Position numbers and translations under genes: made by a program | In this document: piece after piece, positions 17,489 to 26,594 of the stretch | Numbering within the stretch: the stretch's first letter is position 1 | Layout: the number at the start of each line of letters is the position of its first letter | The notes under the pieces: generated by a model | Database searches by the model: none | The model's input: the letters and a program-made list of their open reading frames with translations, nothing else | Told to the model about the DNA's origin: nothing | Source of the DNA: Candidatus Micrarchaeota archaeon | Lineage (GTDB): Archaea > B1Sed10-29 > B47-G15 | Reading direction: 5' to 3' | Length of the DNA stretch: 64,000 bases | Assembly: GCA_003660975.1 (NCBI GenBank) | Contig: QMVG01000002.1 | Span: forward strand, 7,996-71,995

Positions 17489-17938
17489 ATGGTAACCATT
17501 CTTTGCAGTGCTTGTCTTTTAGGTGTTAACTGCAAATATAATGGAAAAGCAAGCCCTAACGAGAGGGTTTTGCAGCTAGGAAAGAAGTATAACCTAATTC
17601 CTGTTTGTCCAGAGCAATTGGGAGGTTTGCCCACCCCAAGAGTGCCTCAGGAAATTCAAGGCATGGATGGGGACGCAGTGCTAGATGGCAAATGCAAGGT
17701 AGTAAACAAAGAGGGCAAAGACGTTACAGAAAACTTCATTAGAGGAGCGCATGAAACACTAAAAATAGCCAAGCTTTTTAATGCCAAGCTTTTCATTGGG
17801 AAGCAAAGAAGCCCTTCCTGTGCATGCGGTGAAACATATGATGGTTCTTTTACTGGAAGGACAGTAAAGGGCGACGGTGTCACAACTGCCCTGCTGAAAA
17901 GAAACGGCATAAAATGTATGAGTCAAGAAGAGCTATAG
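17489..17938 (+). CDS. DUF523 family protein (TudS-like [4Fe-4S] thiouracil desulfidase family)
   Basis: MVTILCSACLLGVNCKYNGKA...IPVCPEQLGGLPTPR carries the DUF523 cysteine signature. Start placed at the internal ATG directly after the gatE stop. Confidence 0.6.
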   Translation: MVTILCSACLLGVNCKYNGKASPNERVLQLGKKYNLIPVCPEQLGGLPTPRVPQEIQGMDGDAVLDGKCKVVNKEGKDVTENFIRGAHETLKIAKLFNAKLFIGKQRSPSCACGETYDGSFTGRTVKGDGVTTALLKRNGIKCMSQEEL

Positions 17939-18468
17939 TTTGCAGCCCTTATTTTCTCGAAACTTGAGAGAAGCTTAAATTTGGCTCCAGGCTGATTTTT
18001 TTCAATGTCTTCAAGCATTTGCATTATGTACCCTTCCATTTCAGTATTAACGCAGTTTTTCTTTCTTTTATATGTTATACCTTCTAATTCCGCATACAAT
18101 TCGTTTTCCCTTGCATAAAACCTGCTGAGGACATTTTTATTTTCATACGCTTGGCCTGTGATAAATGCCTTGAGGTAATCCTTTAAGCTGCACTCAATGT
18201 TAGAGGCATCAAGCAGGATGCTGTTCTCTTCATTGCTCATTTTGTAGTAATACTTTTTAAGGTAATGTTTTACAATTGCATTCTCAAGGAAACTGTCTTC
18301 TTTAACATTTACTTTTGTTTTCTTATTTATGCCTCTTTTAGTTAATTCAAGCTTCAGCCTCTTTTCATATACTTTGATAAAGTGTTCCTTACACAGGTGT
18401 TGGCTCATATATGGCAGATATATAACTGCCTTTCTTGCACAGCGGGAGCAGTTCATAAAATCAACCAA
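17923..18468 (-). CDS. Hypothetical protein with N-terminal Cys-rich (Zn-ribbon-like) segment
   Basis: N-terminal CSRC...C..H motif and 181 aa. No PP-loop or other catalytic motif recognised. Confidence 0.3.
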   Translation of the reverse strand: MVDFMNCSRCARKAVIYLPYMSQHLCKEHFIKVYEKRLKLELTKRGINKKTKVNVKEDSFLENAIVKHYLKKYYYKMSNEENSILLDASNIECSLKDYLKAFITGQAYENKNVLSRFYARENELYAELEGITYKRKKNCVNTEMEGYIMQMLEDIEKNQPGAKFKLLSSFEKIRAANYSSS

Positions 18469-20317
18469 AAAACACCACTCTTTTACTCAATAGCGTTGGC
18501 AGATTTAATTGCCTAAATGGCTTGCCTTTGCACTCTTCACTAATTGTCTTTTGCAATTCTTCCATAGCCATCTCTCTAACTTCTTTTCTTTCCCTTACTC
18601 TAACATTCAGCTTTCCTGATTTCACTTCTTTATCGCCCAGCACGGCAATGTAAGGTATCCACTCCTTTTCTGCCTTTCTTATCTTCTTGCTTAAACTATC
18701 AGCGCTGTCATCAATGTCCACCCTTACGTTTTTTAGTTGATTTGCAAAGTCAATAGCATTTTTTAAGTACTTATCAGACACAGGGATTATTCTTACTTGT
18801 GTTGGGGATAGCCATACAGGAAGCATAGGGCTTTTCCCTTCTCTCATCCTTCTGTACTCTCTCTCAAGCAATGCGTACATTATTCTCTCTATGGCCCCTG
18901 GCGAGAAGTGCATTATAATAGGCCTTTCTCTGTTCCCACTTTCATCTATAAAGTTTATATTATACGCCTCAGCGTTTTCAACATCAAACTGGTCTGTCGT
19001 TAGTGCAGCTGCTTTGTTGTTATTGTCCACAAAATTCCACTCATATTTTAAGACAAAATAGAAGAACCTTTCATCCCACATTTCCAAGAGGGCAGGTTTG
19101 CCCCACAATTTTACTAATTCATTAATGAAATCTTTATGCTCATTGTAGAATGATTTAGTTACTCTTATTCCCAGTTCAAAGTCTTCCTTGATATTAAATC
19201 CTATAGCTTGGTGGATTTTTTTTGCGACTTTGAATCTCGTAATCATCTCTTCCTTTGCTTGCTCGAAGTCACGGCAGAGGGCATGGCAGTCAGGCATAGT
19301 GAAAGCCCTAAGCCTTCTCAATCCAGCAATTTCTCCCCTTTGCTCTGCCCGATAGCACTTTGCCATTTCATACAGCCGCACAGGCAGTTGTTTGTAGCTT
19401 ATTACAGCGTCTTTTGCTGTTAGAAACTGGCCAAAACAGGCAGCAAATCTTAAAAATAGTTTTTTATTTGGGCTATTCACGACATACTGCCTCGCTGGAA
19501 ATCTGTTTAAGTATTTTTTAAGGCTTTCATGCTCGTAATCATACATTATAGGGGTCTCAAGTTCCATTGCACCATAAGACAGCATTTCCCTTGTTATGAG
19601 CTCCTCAAGAAGCGCCTTAATCAACCTGCCTTTTGGGTAAAATTTGAGATTTCCCGGGTCACTACCACCCTCATAATTTGCTATCTCCTGTTCTCTCATC
19701 AGTTTTACATGTGGTGGTTCCTTCTTTACCTCCCTTGATTTGGATATCTCATAAGCTGCAAATGCTTTTAGCCTTTCATAGCCAGTGAAATCAAAACCAG
19801 ATATGTCTCCATTTTTTTTCTCTATCCTGTATAGGGCACCGTGAGTGTCAACGATATACCAATGGCTCTTGAGTTTCCTCTCAGCCACCAAGGCCTTGCT
19901 TTCTTCTTTAGCAGCCCTTATTTCACGGGACAGTTCACTTAGGGGATGGCCCTTTACTTTCACTGTAAAGCTCTTGTACCAGCCAAAAGGAGCTTTTTTA
20001 ACATCACAGTTTTTCTTTATCTCCCTGTACAGCTTTTCAAGTATTTTTCCAGCATCTTCTAAATCAGCTAACTCTGAACTCAGGTGTGCCCAAGGATATA
20101 TCATAACCTTTTTTGTTCCAACTTCTCTGCATATCTTCTCAATCTCTTCAGCAGCTTTTTTCACTTCAGCTTCGCCGTCATTTTTCTCAACGCTTGTTAG
20201 CACTAACAAACATTCTTCCATTCTATCTGTTTTTTCTTTTATTTGCTCGGGCTTTTTAACAGCTGGCTTTATAGCTTGAAATTCAACGAAGTCAGAATGC
20301 AGCATTATAATTCTCAT
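18461..20317 (-). CDS. thrS: Threonyl-tRNA synthetase, archaeal type with N-terminal editing domain
   Basis: The N-terminus MRIIMLHSDFVEFQAIKPAVKKPE is the archaeal ThrRS editing-domain start. Class II aaRS core motifs and a C-terminal anticodon-binding domain follow. Confidence 0.85.
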   Translation of the reverse strand: MRIIMLHSDFVEFQAIKPAVKKPEQIKEKTDRMEECLLVLTSVEKNDGEAEVKKAAEEIEKICREVGTKKVMIYPWAHLSSELADLEDAGKILEKLYREIKKNCDVKKAPFGWYKSFTVKVKGHPLSELSREIRAAKEESKALVAERKLKSHWYIVDTHGALYRIEKKNGDISGFDFTGYERLKAFAAYEISKSREVKKEPPHVKLMREQEIANYEGGSDPGNLKFYPKGRLIKALLEELITREMLSYGAMELETPIMYDYEHESLKKYLNRFPARQYVVNSPNKKLFLRFAACFGQFLTAKDAVISYKQLPVRLYEMAKCYRAEQRGEIAGLRRLRAFTMPDCHALCRDFEQAKEEMITRFKVAKKIHQAIGFNIKEDFELGIRVTKSFYNEHKDFINELVKLWGKPALLEMWDERFFYFVLKYEWNFVDNNNKAAALTTDQFDVENAEAYNINFIDESGNRERPIIMHFSPGAIERIMYALLEREYRRMREGKSPMLPVWLSPTQVRIIPVSDKYLKNAIDFANQLKNVRVDIDDSADSLSKKIRKAEKEWIPYIAVLGDKEVKSGKLNVRVRERKEVREMAMEELQKTISEECKGKPFRQLNLPTLLSKRVVFFG

Positions 20318-20374
20318 ATGAACACCAATGCTAGAATTAGTGATTTTGGAATTAAAATATTTATTATGGAAAAC

Positions 20375-21946
20375 TCAGATAGATGGAGGCACAGCTGTTT
20401 CTTTCCACCTGTAATATAAGTCATCTTTTAATTTTTTGCCTGTTCTCGCTTCCCATTCCTTTGGACTTTCACCGTAATCAAGCTGCATCTTTATGGCGTA
20501 CTCTTGCTGCAAGCCCCAGAAAGCACAGAATGGAACGATTCTGCCATCAGGCATGGCATAATGGATCACACACCTTTTGACACGCTCAATGTCATAATTG
20601 TACGGGTCCATGAAGTGCATATTTCCTATAAACATCATCTTATAGTGGAATTCGCCTAGAGAGTGGTAGTCTCTTTTTGCCAAAACCTCAAGTATTATTT
20701 TCTTTAAGTCAAATTCTTTAGGGGCTTTCTTGCTATCGATAATCTTATTCAATTCTATCAGTGCATTAGCCAAGAATTTCGCCTTTGTTATCTTTCCTCC
20801 TTTCTTTATCTTTTCACTCCATTCCTCTAAGAAGTTGAAGAATCTCTTTACATCCACAAACTTTGTTATAGGCACTAACTTGTTGTTTTCCTTATCTATG
20901 TAAACATAAGTAGCTCCTCCGCAGTGCGGGTGAGCTGTAAACTCAAGGTCCAACTCGCCGGTCCAAGCCTCGCTGAACTTGGAGACAGGCACTACAGAAG
21001 GAATAGGATAAAAGTCCTCCCCTGTTATTTGCCCATCGGTTTGCTCCTCTATCCATTTGTACAGGTCAGGTATGGTTACCCTTTCCCTGTTTCTTTGTTC
21101 TGCAGGCATGCTACCAACAAAAGATACTGGCTGGAAGTTTACGCCTCTAACTATATCGCTGTTTTCAGCAGCAAATCTTATGATGTCTCCTACCTCCTGG
21201 TCATTTACTCCCCTTATCAATGTAGGCACTAGGACAACTCCAAGCCCTACTTTCCTGCAATTTTCAATGGTTTTTTTGTTTTCCTCCAACCACGGATTGC
21301 TCTTCATCGTAACGCCATCAAAGGACATATACAATACATTGACACCTGCCTTTCTGACCTTCACACAAAGCTCTGGGTCTTCAGCAGTTTTTATACCGTT
21401 TGTGTTCAGCTGTATATGGGTGAAACCTTTCTCCTTCGCCATTTTTATTATATCAATTAAGTCGTCTCTAACAGTTGGCTCTCCCCCTGTTATTTGCAGA
21501 GCTTTCGCAGGGACAGGTCTTTCAGCCCTCAAAGCATCTAACATTTTTTCTATAACCTCTAATGGAGGATCAAAAACCTTCCCTACTCTTCCAACATTGG
21601 CAAAGCAATACCAGCATCTTAAATTGCATCTGTTAGTGACAAATATGTTAGCCAAACCTGTCGTAGATAAGTGAAGTTTACACAAGCCGCAGTCATGAGG
21701 GCAAACAGGGTTTTCCTTTGTTATTGCTGGGTTTTCAATGCCAGGGCCGTCTCTTAGGTATTTTGCAGCTTCGTGGTACAATTTGGCATCAGACCAATAT
21801 GTTTCTTTAAAGTGGCCGTGTTCTGGGCAGGTCTTTTCCAGATATATTTTACCATCTTCCTCTATTATATCTGCTTTTAACACTTTGAAGCATACAGGAC
21901 ATATTGATTCTGTTTCCTTTATTTTCTTCGCAACCATAATATCCAC
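20375..21946 (-). CDS. Radical SAM enzyme with rubredoxin-like N-terminus, resembling tetraether lipid synthase (Tes/GDGT-MAS)-like proteins
   Basis: N-terminal CPVC...CPEHGH (rubredoxin-like), then CPHDCGLCKLH, the radical SAM CNLRCWYC box, GGEPT and a C-terminal HPHCGG cluster. 523 aa. The Tes-like assignment is from memory of that family's domain architecture, not from a search. Confidence 0.5.
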   Translation of the reverse strand: MDIMVAKKIKETESICPVCFKVLKADIIEEDGKIYLEKTCPEHGHFKETYWSDAKLYHEAAKYLRDGPGIENPAITKENPVCPHDCGLCKLHLSTTGLANIFVTNRCNLRCWYCFANVGRVGKVFDPPLEVIEKMLDALRAERPVPAKALQITGGEPTVRDDLIDIIKMAKEKGFTHIQLNTNGIKTAEDPELCVKVRKAGVNVLYMSFDGVTMKSNPWLEENKKTIENCRKVGLGVVLVPTLIRGVNDQEVGDIIRFAAENSDIVRGVNFQPVSFVGSMPAEQRNRERVTIPDLYKWIEEQTDGQITGEDFYPIPSVVPVSKFSEAWTGELDLEFTAHPHCGGATYVYIDKENNKLVPITKFVDVKRFFNFLEEWSEKIKKGGKITKAKFLANALIELNKIIDSKKAPKEFDLKKIILEVLAKRDYHSLGEFHYKMMFIGNMHFMDPYNYDIERVKRCVIHYAMPDGRIVPFCAFWGLQQEYAIKMQLDYGESPKEWEARTGKKLKDDLYYRWKETAVPPSI

Positions 21947-21967
21947 TCTTCAATTCTCTCGCATAGT

Positions 21968-22015
21968 TTTTTAAATATATAAATATAAAACAATATTGTT
22001 GTTTAAAAGACAACA
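21968..22015. promoter_or_regulatory. Divergent promoter region with TATA-like AT tract and inverted repeat TGTTGT-N7-ACAACA upstream of the TrmB-family regulator gene
   Basis: AT tract tttaaatatataaatataaaa (21968 to 21990), followed by the perfect inverted repeat tgttgt-ttaaaag-acaaca (21997 to 22015), 15 nt upstream of the ATG at 22030. This looks like a candidate autoregulatory operator. Confidence 0.35.
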
Positions 22016-22029
22016 TTTGAGATGGTCAT

Positions 22030-22761
22030 ATGTCTGATTTGGTTTCTAAGTTAAAAACACTTGGTTTTACAGATTACGAAGCAAAAGCATACATTGCTCT
22101 AGTTAGCTCTGGGGCTGCTTCTGTGACTGAGATAAGTCAAATATGCGATGTGCCTCGTTCCAACCTTTACTCTGTTTTGGAAAAATTAAATGAAAAAGGT
22201 TTTGTTGAAATTCAACGCGGAAGGCCTATAATGTTTCAAGCAGTGAAACCCTCAAAAGCGTTAAATGAGCAAGTAGACAAGCTGACAAAAAGCATAGAAA
22301 AAGCGAAGAAGGAGGCAATAAAGGAACTGGAAGCCATGATAAAGTCAACACAGAAGAACATAGAACCTGCACTGATATGGGCAGTTAAGGGCAGCTCTGC
22401 TGTTACAACCAGGTTAGCAGAGATGATAAAGCGCTCTAGAAAGGAGGTTCTGATAAATACCCCTTCTCTCTCATTGCTGAATGAGAATGTCGTAAAAGCA
22501 ATAAAAGAAGCCTCTGAAAGAGGAGTGAAGATAAAAGTGGTCACTCAGTCAACAAGAGGAATAGAACTATTTAGAAAAATATGCATAGTGAGAAGCAGGG
22601 ATAAGATATATGGTCTTGATGCTGTGGTTGATGAGAGGGAAGTACTTGTCGCTCCTGCTATGCCTGCAATTGCTGTTTGGGTAGATAACCCCACGATGGC
22701 TGCTCATGTGAAGGATTTTCTCAACCTTGTTTGGAAGGACTCAAACATAATAGGCAAGTAG
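22030..22761 (+). CDS. TrmB-family transcriptional regulator
   Basis: N-terminal LGFTDYEAKAYIALVSSGAASVTEISQICDVPRSNLYSVLEKLNEKGFVE is the canonical TrmB wHTH. 243 aa with a C-terminal effector domain. Sits directly upstream of the pilus genes. Confidence 0.75.
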   Translation: MSDLVSKLKTLGFTDYEAKAYIALVSSGAASVTEISQICDVPRSNLYSVLEKLNEKGFVEIQRGRPIMFQAVKPSKALNEQVDKLTKSIEKAKKEAIKELEAMIKSTQKNIEPALIWAVKGSSAVTTRLAEMIKRSRKEVLINTPSLSLLNENVVKAIKEASERGVKIKVVTQSTRGIELFRKICIVRSRDKIYGLDAVVDEREVLVAPAMPAIAVWVDNPTMAAHVKDFLNLVWKDSNIIGK

Positions 22762-22797
22762 TAAATTCTTATAAACGAGTAGTGATTTCTTAACAAT

Positions 22798-24300
22798 ATG
22801 GACTATTTGAAGAAGCTTGTAGACAGTGCTAAAGACACAGGAGTAAATCAAGCATCTACCAAAAAGACACTAGTAGCAAGCTATGGAGATGTCAAAATAT
22901 ATAAGATAGAGGGAGAAGCGCTTCTTCTTTATACTGTTCCGGTTGTGAAGCCTACAGGTCCTGAGAGAGAAATCATAGACACTTTGAAAGAAGCAGCAAC
23001 ACGTTTAATAAGCATAAGTCCTGAAGAGATAAGAGACCCAAAGCTCATGAGAGACATATACACACAGAGAGTGAAGGAGATTATCGAGTCAAGCCCAGAA
23101 CTAGGCATACCAAAGACGCGATTTGACTTTTATGCTGAAATGGTCGTTAGGGAAATGATAGGATATGGTTATCTAGACCCCTTAATTCACGATGACAAGT
23201 TGGAGGAAATAATGGTTATAGGAGCGCAGAAACCTGTCTATGTCTTTCATAGGGATTATGACATGATGAAAACCAACATTGTTTTTAGCACTGACAGCGA
23301 GATATACAACTTAATTTCCAGGATTGCGATGGGAGTGGGAAGGCGAATTGACAAGCAAAACCCCATATTAGATGCCAGATTGCCTGATGGCTCTAGGGTG
23401 AATGCCACGATAAAGCCAATAAGCTTGAATGGCTCAACCATAACTATAAGGAAATTTAGAGAGGATCCGCTAACTGTAGTTGATTTGATAAATAATGGAA
23501 CCATGGACTCCTATTTAGCTGCTTTTCTTTGGCTGGCAGTTGATGGTCTTTACAGTAAGCCTGCCAACATCCTCGTTTCAGGTGGCACAGGTAGTGGTAA
23601 AACAACCACCTTAAACGTACTGGCCAGTTTTATCCCAAGAGAGGAAAGGGTGGTGACGATAGAAGACACTGCTGAGCTAAAGCTTCCAATAGAGCACATA
23701 GTGAGGTTTGAGACGCGTCCTCCAGGGCTTGAAGGCACAGGCGAAATAAGTATGGATGCCCTTGTCAAAAATGCTTTAAGGATGAGGCCTGATAGGATCA
23801 TAGTAGGCGAGATAAGGCACGCTGAGGCCTTCACGCTTTTCACAGCCATGAACACAGGACATCAGGGTTGCATGGGAACAGTGCACGCTAATGACGCTTC
23901 AGAAACGGTAATTAGGTTGACAAACCCACCAATGAGTGTTCCGAAGATTATGCTTACCGCGCTTGACTTGATAGTGGTTCAGAGCAGGATAAGAGACAGG
24001 AGAAAAGGCACAATAAGGAGAGTTACAGAACTTGCAGAGCTTACTGCTGTGTCCAATGAAGGCGACGTTCATTTACAAACGCTGTTTTCATGGGATCCTG
24101 TCTCAGATAGTATAAATCATATGAAAATCAACTCACACTATCTCAAAGAGCTATCCAGATATGCGGGTATGTCTGTTGATGACATTGAGCTTGAAATAGA
24201 GAAAAGGAAACAGGTTTTAGAAGAGCTTACATCCAAAGGGATTAGAGACCTTAAAACTGTGTCTACATATCTAAACCGTTTTGAGGTAAGTAATAAATGA
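22798..24300 (+). CDS. Type IV pilus assembly ATPase (FlaI/TadA/VirB11 family)
   Basis: LDARLPDGSRVNATIKP...TIRKF, Walker A VSGGTGSGKTTTLNVL, Walker B/Asp box RIIVGEIRHAEA, His box GTVHAN. 500 aa. Confidence 0.85.
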   Translation: MDYLKKLVDSAKDTGVNQASTKKTLVASYGDVKIYKIEGEALLLYTVPVVKPTGPEREIIDTLKEAATRLISISPEEIRDPKLMRDIYTQRVKEIIESSPELGIPKTRFDFYAEMVVREMIGYGYLDPLIHDDKLEEIMVIGAQKPVYVFHRDYDMMKTNIVFSTDSEIYNLISRIAMGVGRRIDKQNPILDARLPDGSRVNATIKPISLNGSTITIRKFREDPLTVVDLINNGTMDSYLAAFLWLAVDGLYSKPANILVSGGTGSGKTTTLNVLASFIPREERVVTIEDTAELKLPIEHIVRFETRPPGLEGTGEISMDALVKNALRMRPDRIIVGEIRHAEAFTLFTAMNTGHQGCMGTVHANDASETVIRLTNPPMSVPKIMLTALDLIVVQSRIRDRRKGTIRRVTELAELTAVSNEGDVHLQTLFSWDPVSDSINHMKINSHYLKELSRYAGMSVDDIELEIEKRKQVLEELTSKGIRDLKTVSTYLNRFEVSNK

Positions 24301-25409
24301 CAGAAATAAAGAAACTAAAAAAAATTTTGGAAGCCGAGGATAGGAAAGAGAAAGAGCAGTCGCCATACCTGAACAGACAGTTGCTTTCTAAGATAATAAA
24401 GAGGATGGAAAAAAAATATGAAAAGGAGGGACTTAGCACCCCTGATTATGCTGCAAGAGAAAAAAAAGCAGAAAAGCTTAAAGTAATCACAGGCTCTCCA
24501 AAGGAATTGCTCTTGTCAAAAAAGCCAATAGTAAGGTTTCTAATTAGCATATATATGTTATCTTCTCCAATCAGTTATTACCTTCTAACATTTCTTGAGA
24601 AAATTTTAGGCAAGAGCTTGGAAAAAGACCTTAAAGCTTCTGGCATGATGTATTCCCAGAAGCAATACCTTGCATTGACTATGTCGCTTGTGTTTATCCT
24701 GTGGGTTTCATTTTTAATCCCTCTGACAGCACTGACGCTGCTCTTTCATTTTTCTCTATTCTACCTGCTTCTTTCAGCCATTTTAATCCCTTTGCTTGCT
24801 TTTTCAATTGCATTTTTACTACCAAGCACAAGGGCCAGCAAAATAGCAAATGAGATTGACAAGGAGCTTCCATTTGCATTGAGACATATGAGCATACAAA
24901 TACGGGCTGGAGTTGGAATATACAATTCCATGGAGTCAATAGCTGTGTCTGATTATGGCTATTTGTCAAAAGGTTTCAAATTCGTTCTCAGCAATATCCA
25001 AAAAGGCATGCCAACTGAAGAAGCTTTAGAGTCGTGGGCATATATGACACGGTCAGAAGCCCTTCAAAGGGTTATAAGCCACATAGTTAGAGCTCTAAGA
25101 ACAGGCGGCAATCTCTCTGATATTATGCTAAGCATTTCAGAGGACATATCATTTGAAAGAAGAATGAAAATATCTGACTTTGCCGAGAAACTCAACCTCA
25201 TGGCTCTTTTTTTGATGATGGTGGCCATAGTAGTACCTGTTATGGTAGGCATACTGACTGCCATTGCATCAATGCCCTCTCTTAGCTCTTATGTAAATGT
25301 CTTTTCTATATTCTCACTAACTTTTCTGCAGTTGCTGTATTTTCTGATAAGCCCAAGCCTTATATTGCTCTTCCTTTACTTCATAAAGATCTCAGATCCA
25401 GGTGCTTGA
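24297..25409 (+). CDS. Pilus platform membrane protein, N-terminal T2SSF-domain half (TadB/FlaJ-like)
   Basis: Cytoplasmic K/E-rich N-terminus, TM helices, and a T2SSF-type soluble segment (LPFALRHMSIQIRAGVGIYNSMESIA). It ends at TGA 25407 to 25409, in the same frame as the next ORF. Confidence 0.65.
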   Translation: MTEIKKLKKILEAEDRKEKEQSPYLNRQLLSKIIKRMEKKYEKEGLSTPDYAAREKKAEKLKVITGSPKELLLSKKPIVRFLISIYMLSSPISYYLLTFLEKILGKSLEKDLKASGMMYSQKQYLALTMSLVFILWVSFLIPLTALTLLFHFSLFYLLLSAILIPLLAFSIAFLLPSTRASKIANEIDKELPFALRHMSIQIRAGVGIYNSMESIAVSDYGYLSKGFKFVLSNIQKGMPTEEALESWAYMTRSEALQRVISHIVRALRTGGNLSDIMLSISEDISFERRMKISDFAEKLNLMALFLMMVAIVVPVMVGILTAIASMPSLSSYVNVFSIFSLTFLQLLYFLISPSLILLFLYFIKISDPGA

Positions 25410-26264
25410 ATGAAGGCATTAGAAAAGTATCAAGAAATAGCCCATTTCGCAGGGATTTCACAGCCCTGGCTTTTGTTGGGAGGAAGTATTTCAATAGGCG
25501 CAATACTGTTTTTCCTTTTGTTGTCCTATGACCCAATACTCTCAGTGCTTGTATTACTTATCTCCTTAGATGTATCTTTCGGCCTGCCTTTTTTGCTCGC
25601 AAGTAGGAAGGTTGAGAAGATTGAAGACAGCTTGCCAGATGTATTGCAGCACATAAGCACCACACTGAAAGCAGGCTCCACAATAGAGATGGCTCTAAAG
25701 GAGGTCTCCTTAGTTGACTATGGCCCAATAAGCCAAGAGATGAAACGGATGCTGGACGAAATAAACAAAGGCAAGACATTTGAAGAGGCCTTCAACGACT
25801 TTGCTGAAAGTTCTCACTCAAAACTTGTTAAGAAGATTGCAATCATAATCTCAGCCGCAAGGCGAAGCGGTGGGGCTCTATTACAGACTTTGAGCCTCAC
25901 AGCAGAGGATATAAGAGCTGTTAACCGCTTGAGACGGGAGAGAAAAAGCAAAACACTTATGCAGTTCTTGTTTTTGATAGCAGCAAGCTCTATCGTAGCT
26001 CCTTTTATATTTGGCATAGTGCGGGCTGTTCTGTCAACACTTCTTTCAATAAGCCCTTTTACCAACACAGATACATTGCAAGCCTTTGATTTTACATTTA
26101 AGCTATTTCTGGTATTGCAAGGTACTCTTACAACTATTGGAGCTGTTATGGTGAAAGAAGGCAAATTAGAAAAAAGTGCGCTTTACATCCCATTTTCTCT
26201 CTTCTCTATTTACGTGATATACAGCCTCGTGTCTGTCCTCTTTATGTCTTTAATAGGTGTTTGA
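25410..26264 (+). CDS. Pilus platform membrane protein, C-terminal T2SSF-domain half (TadC/FlaJ-like)
   Basis: Second T2SSF-like segment (LPDVLQHISTTLKAGSTIEMALKEVS) flanked by TM helices. Its ATG immediately follows the in-frame TGA of the upstream half. Confidence 0.65.
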   Translation: MKALEKYQEIAHFAGISQPWLLLGGSISIGAILFFLLLSYDPILSVLVLLISLDVSFGLPFLLASRKVEKIEDSLPDVLQHISTTLKAGSTIEMALKEVSLVDYGPISQEMKRMLDEINKGKTFEEAFNDFAESSHSKLVKKIAIIISAARRSGGALLQTLSLTAEDIRAVNRLRRERKSKTLMQFLFLIAASSIVAPFIFGIVRAVLSTLLSISPFTNTDTLQAFDFTFKLFLVLQGTLTTIGAVMVKEGKLEKSALYIPFSLFSIYVIYSLVSVLFMSLIGV

Positions 26265-26571
26265 TATGAAAGCCCAAACTGCTATGGAATACCTAGTCCT
26301 GACAGCTGTTGTGTTGACCATTGTAACTGTTGTAAGTTATATGATACTTACGGCATCAAAAGCAAGTGGTCAGACAGCCTCAGAGATGACCTGCAGGGCA
26401 ACAGCCTCCTCATATAAGTTAGCTATAATGGCAGACCCAAATGCCTGCGATGCAGAATGCGAAAAGGCCTGCGAAAAAGCCTGCGTGGACAGCAATGGCT
26501 ATGATGTAATTGGAGGCGAAAAAGGTTGCGGAACAGGTTGTCAGGCTTGCAAAAGCGGGACATTGCATTAA
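26257..26571 (+). CDS. Class III signal peptide (type IV pilin-like) protein, Cys-rich
   Basis: MKAQTAMEYLVLTAVVLTIVTVV is a K-A|Q prepilin-type N-terminus followed by a hydrophobic helix. The C-terminal domain carries 10 Cys, including CDAECEKACEKAC. The true start is probably the Met of MKAQ. Confidence 0.55.
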   Translation: MFDMKAQTAMEYLVLTAVVLTIVTVVSYMILTASKASGQTASEMTCRATASSYKLAIMADPNACDAECEKACEKACVDSNGYDVIGGEKGCGTGCQACKSGTLH

Positions 26572-26594
26572 TCTTTTTATAGAACAATGCTCTT

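Noticed and set aside
25407-25409. In-frame TGA between the platform halves as a selenocysteine or recoded codon
   Set aside because: There is no SECIS-like hairpin obvious downstream, the context is a TM-protein linker with no redox function, and TGA terminates many other genes in the window. Read-through cannot be excluded, but Sec is unlikely.
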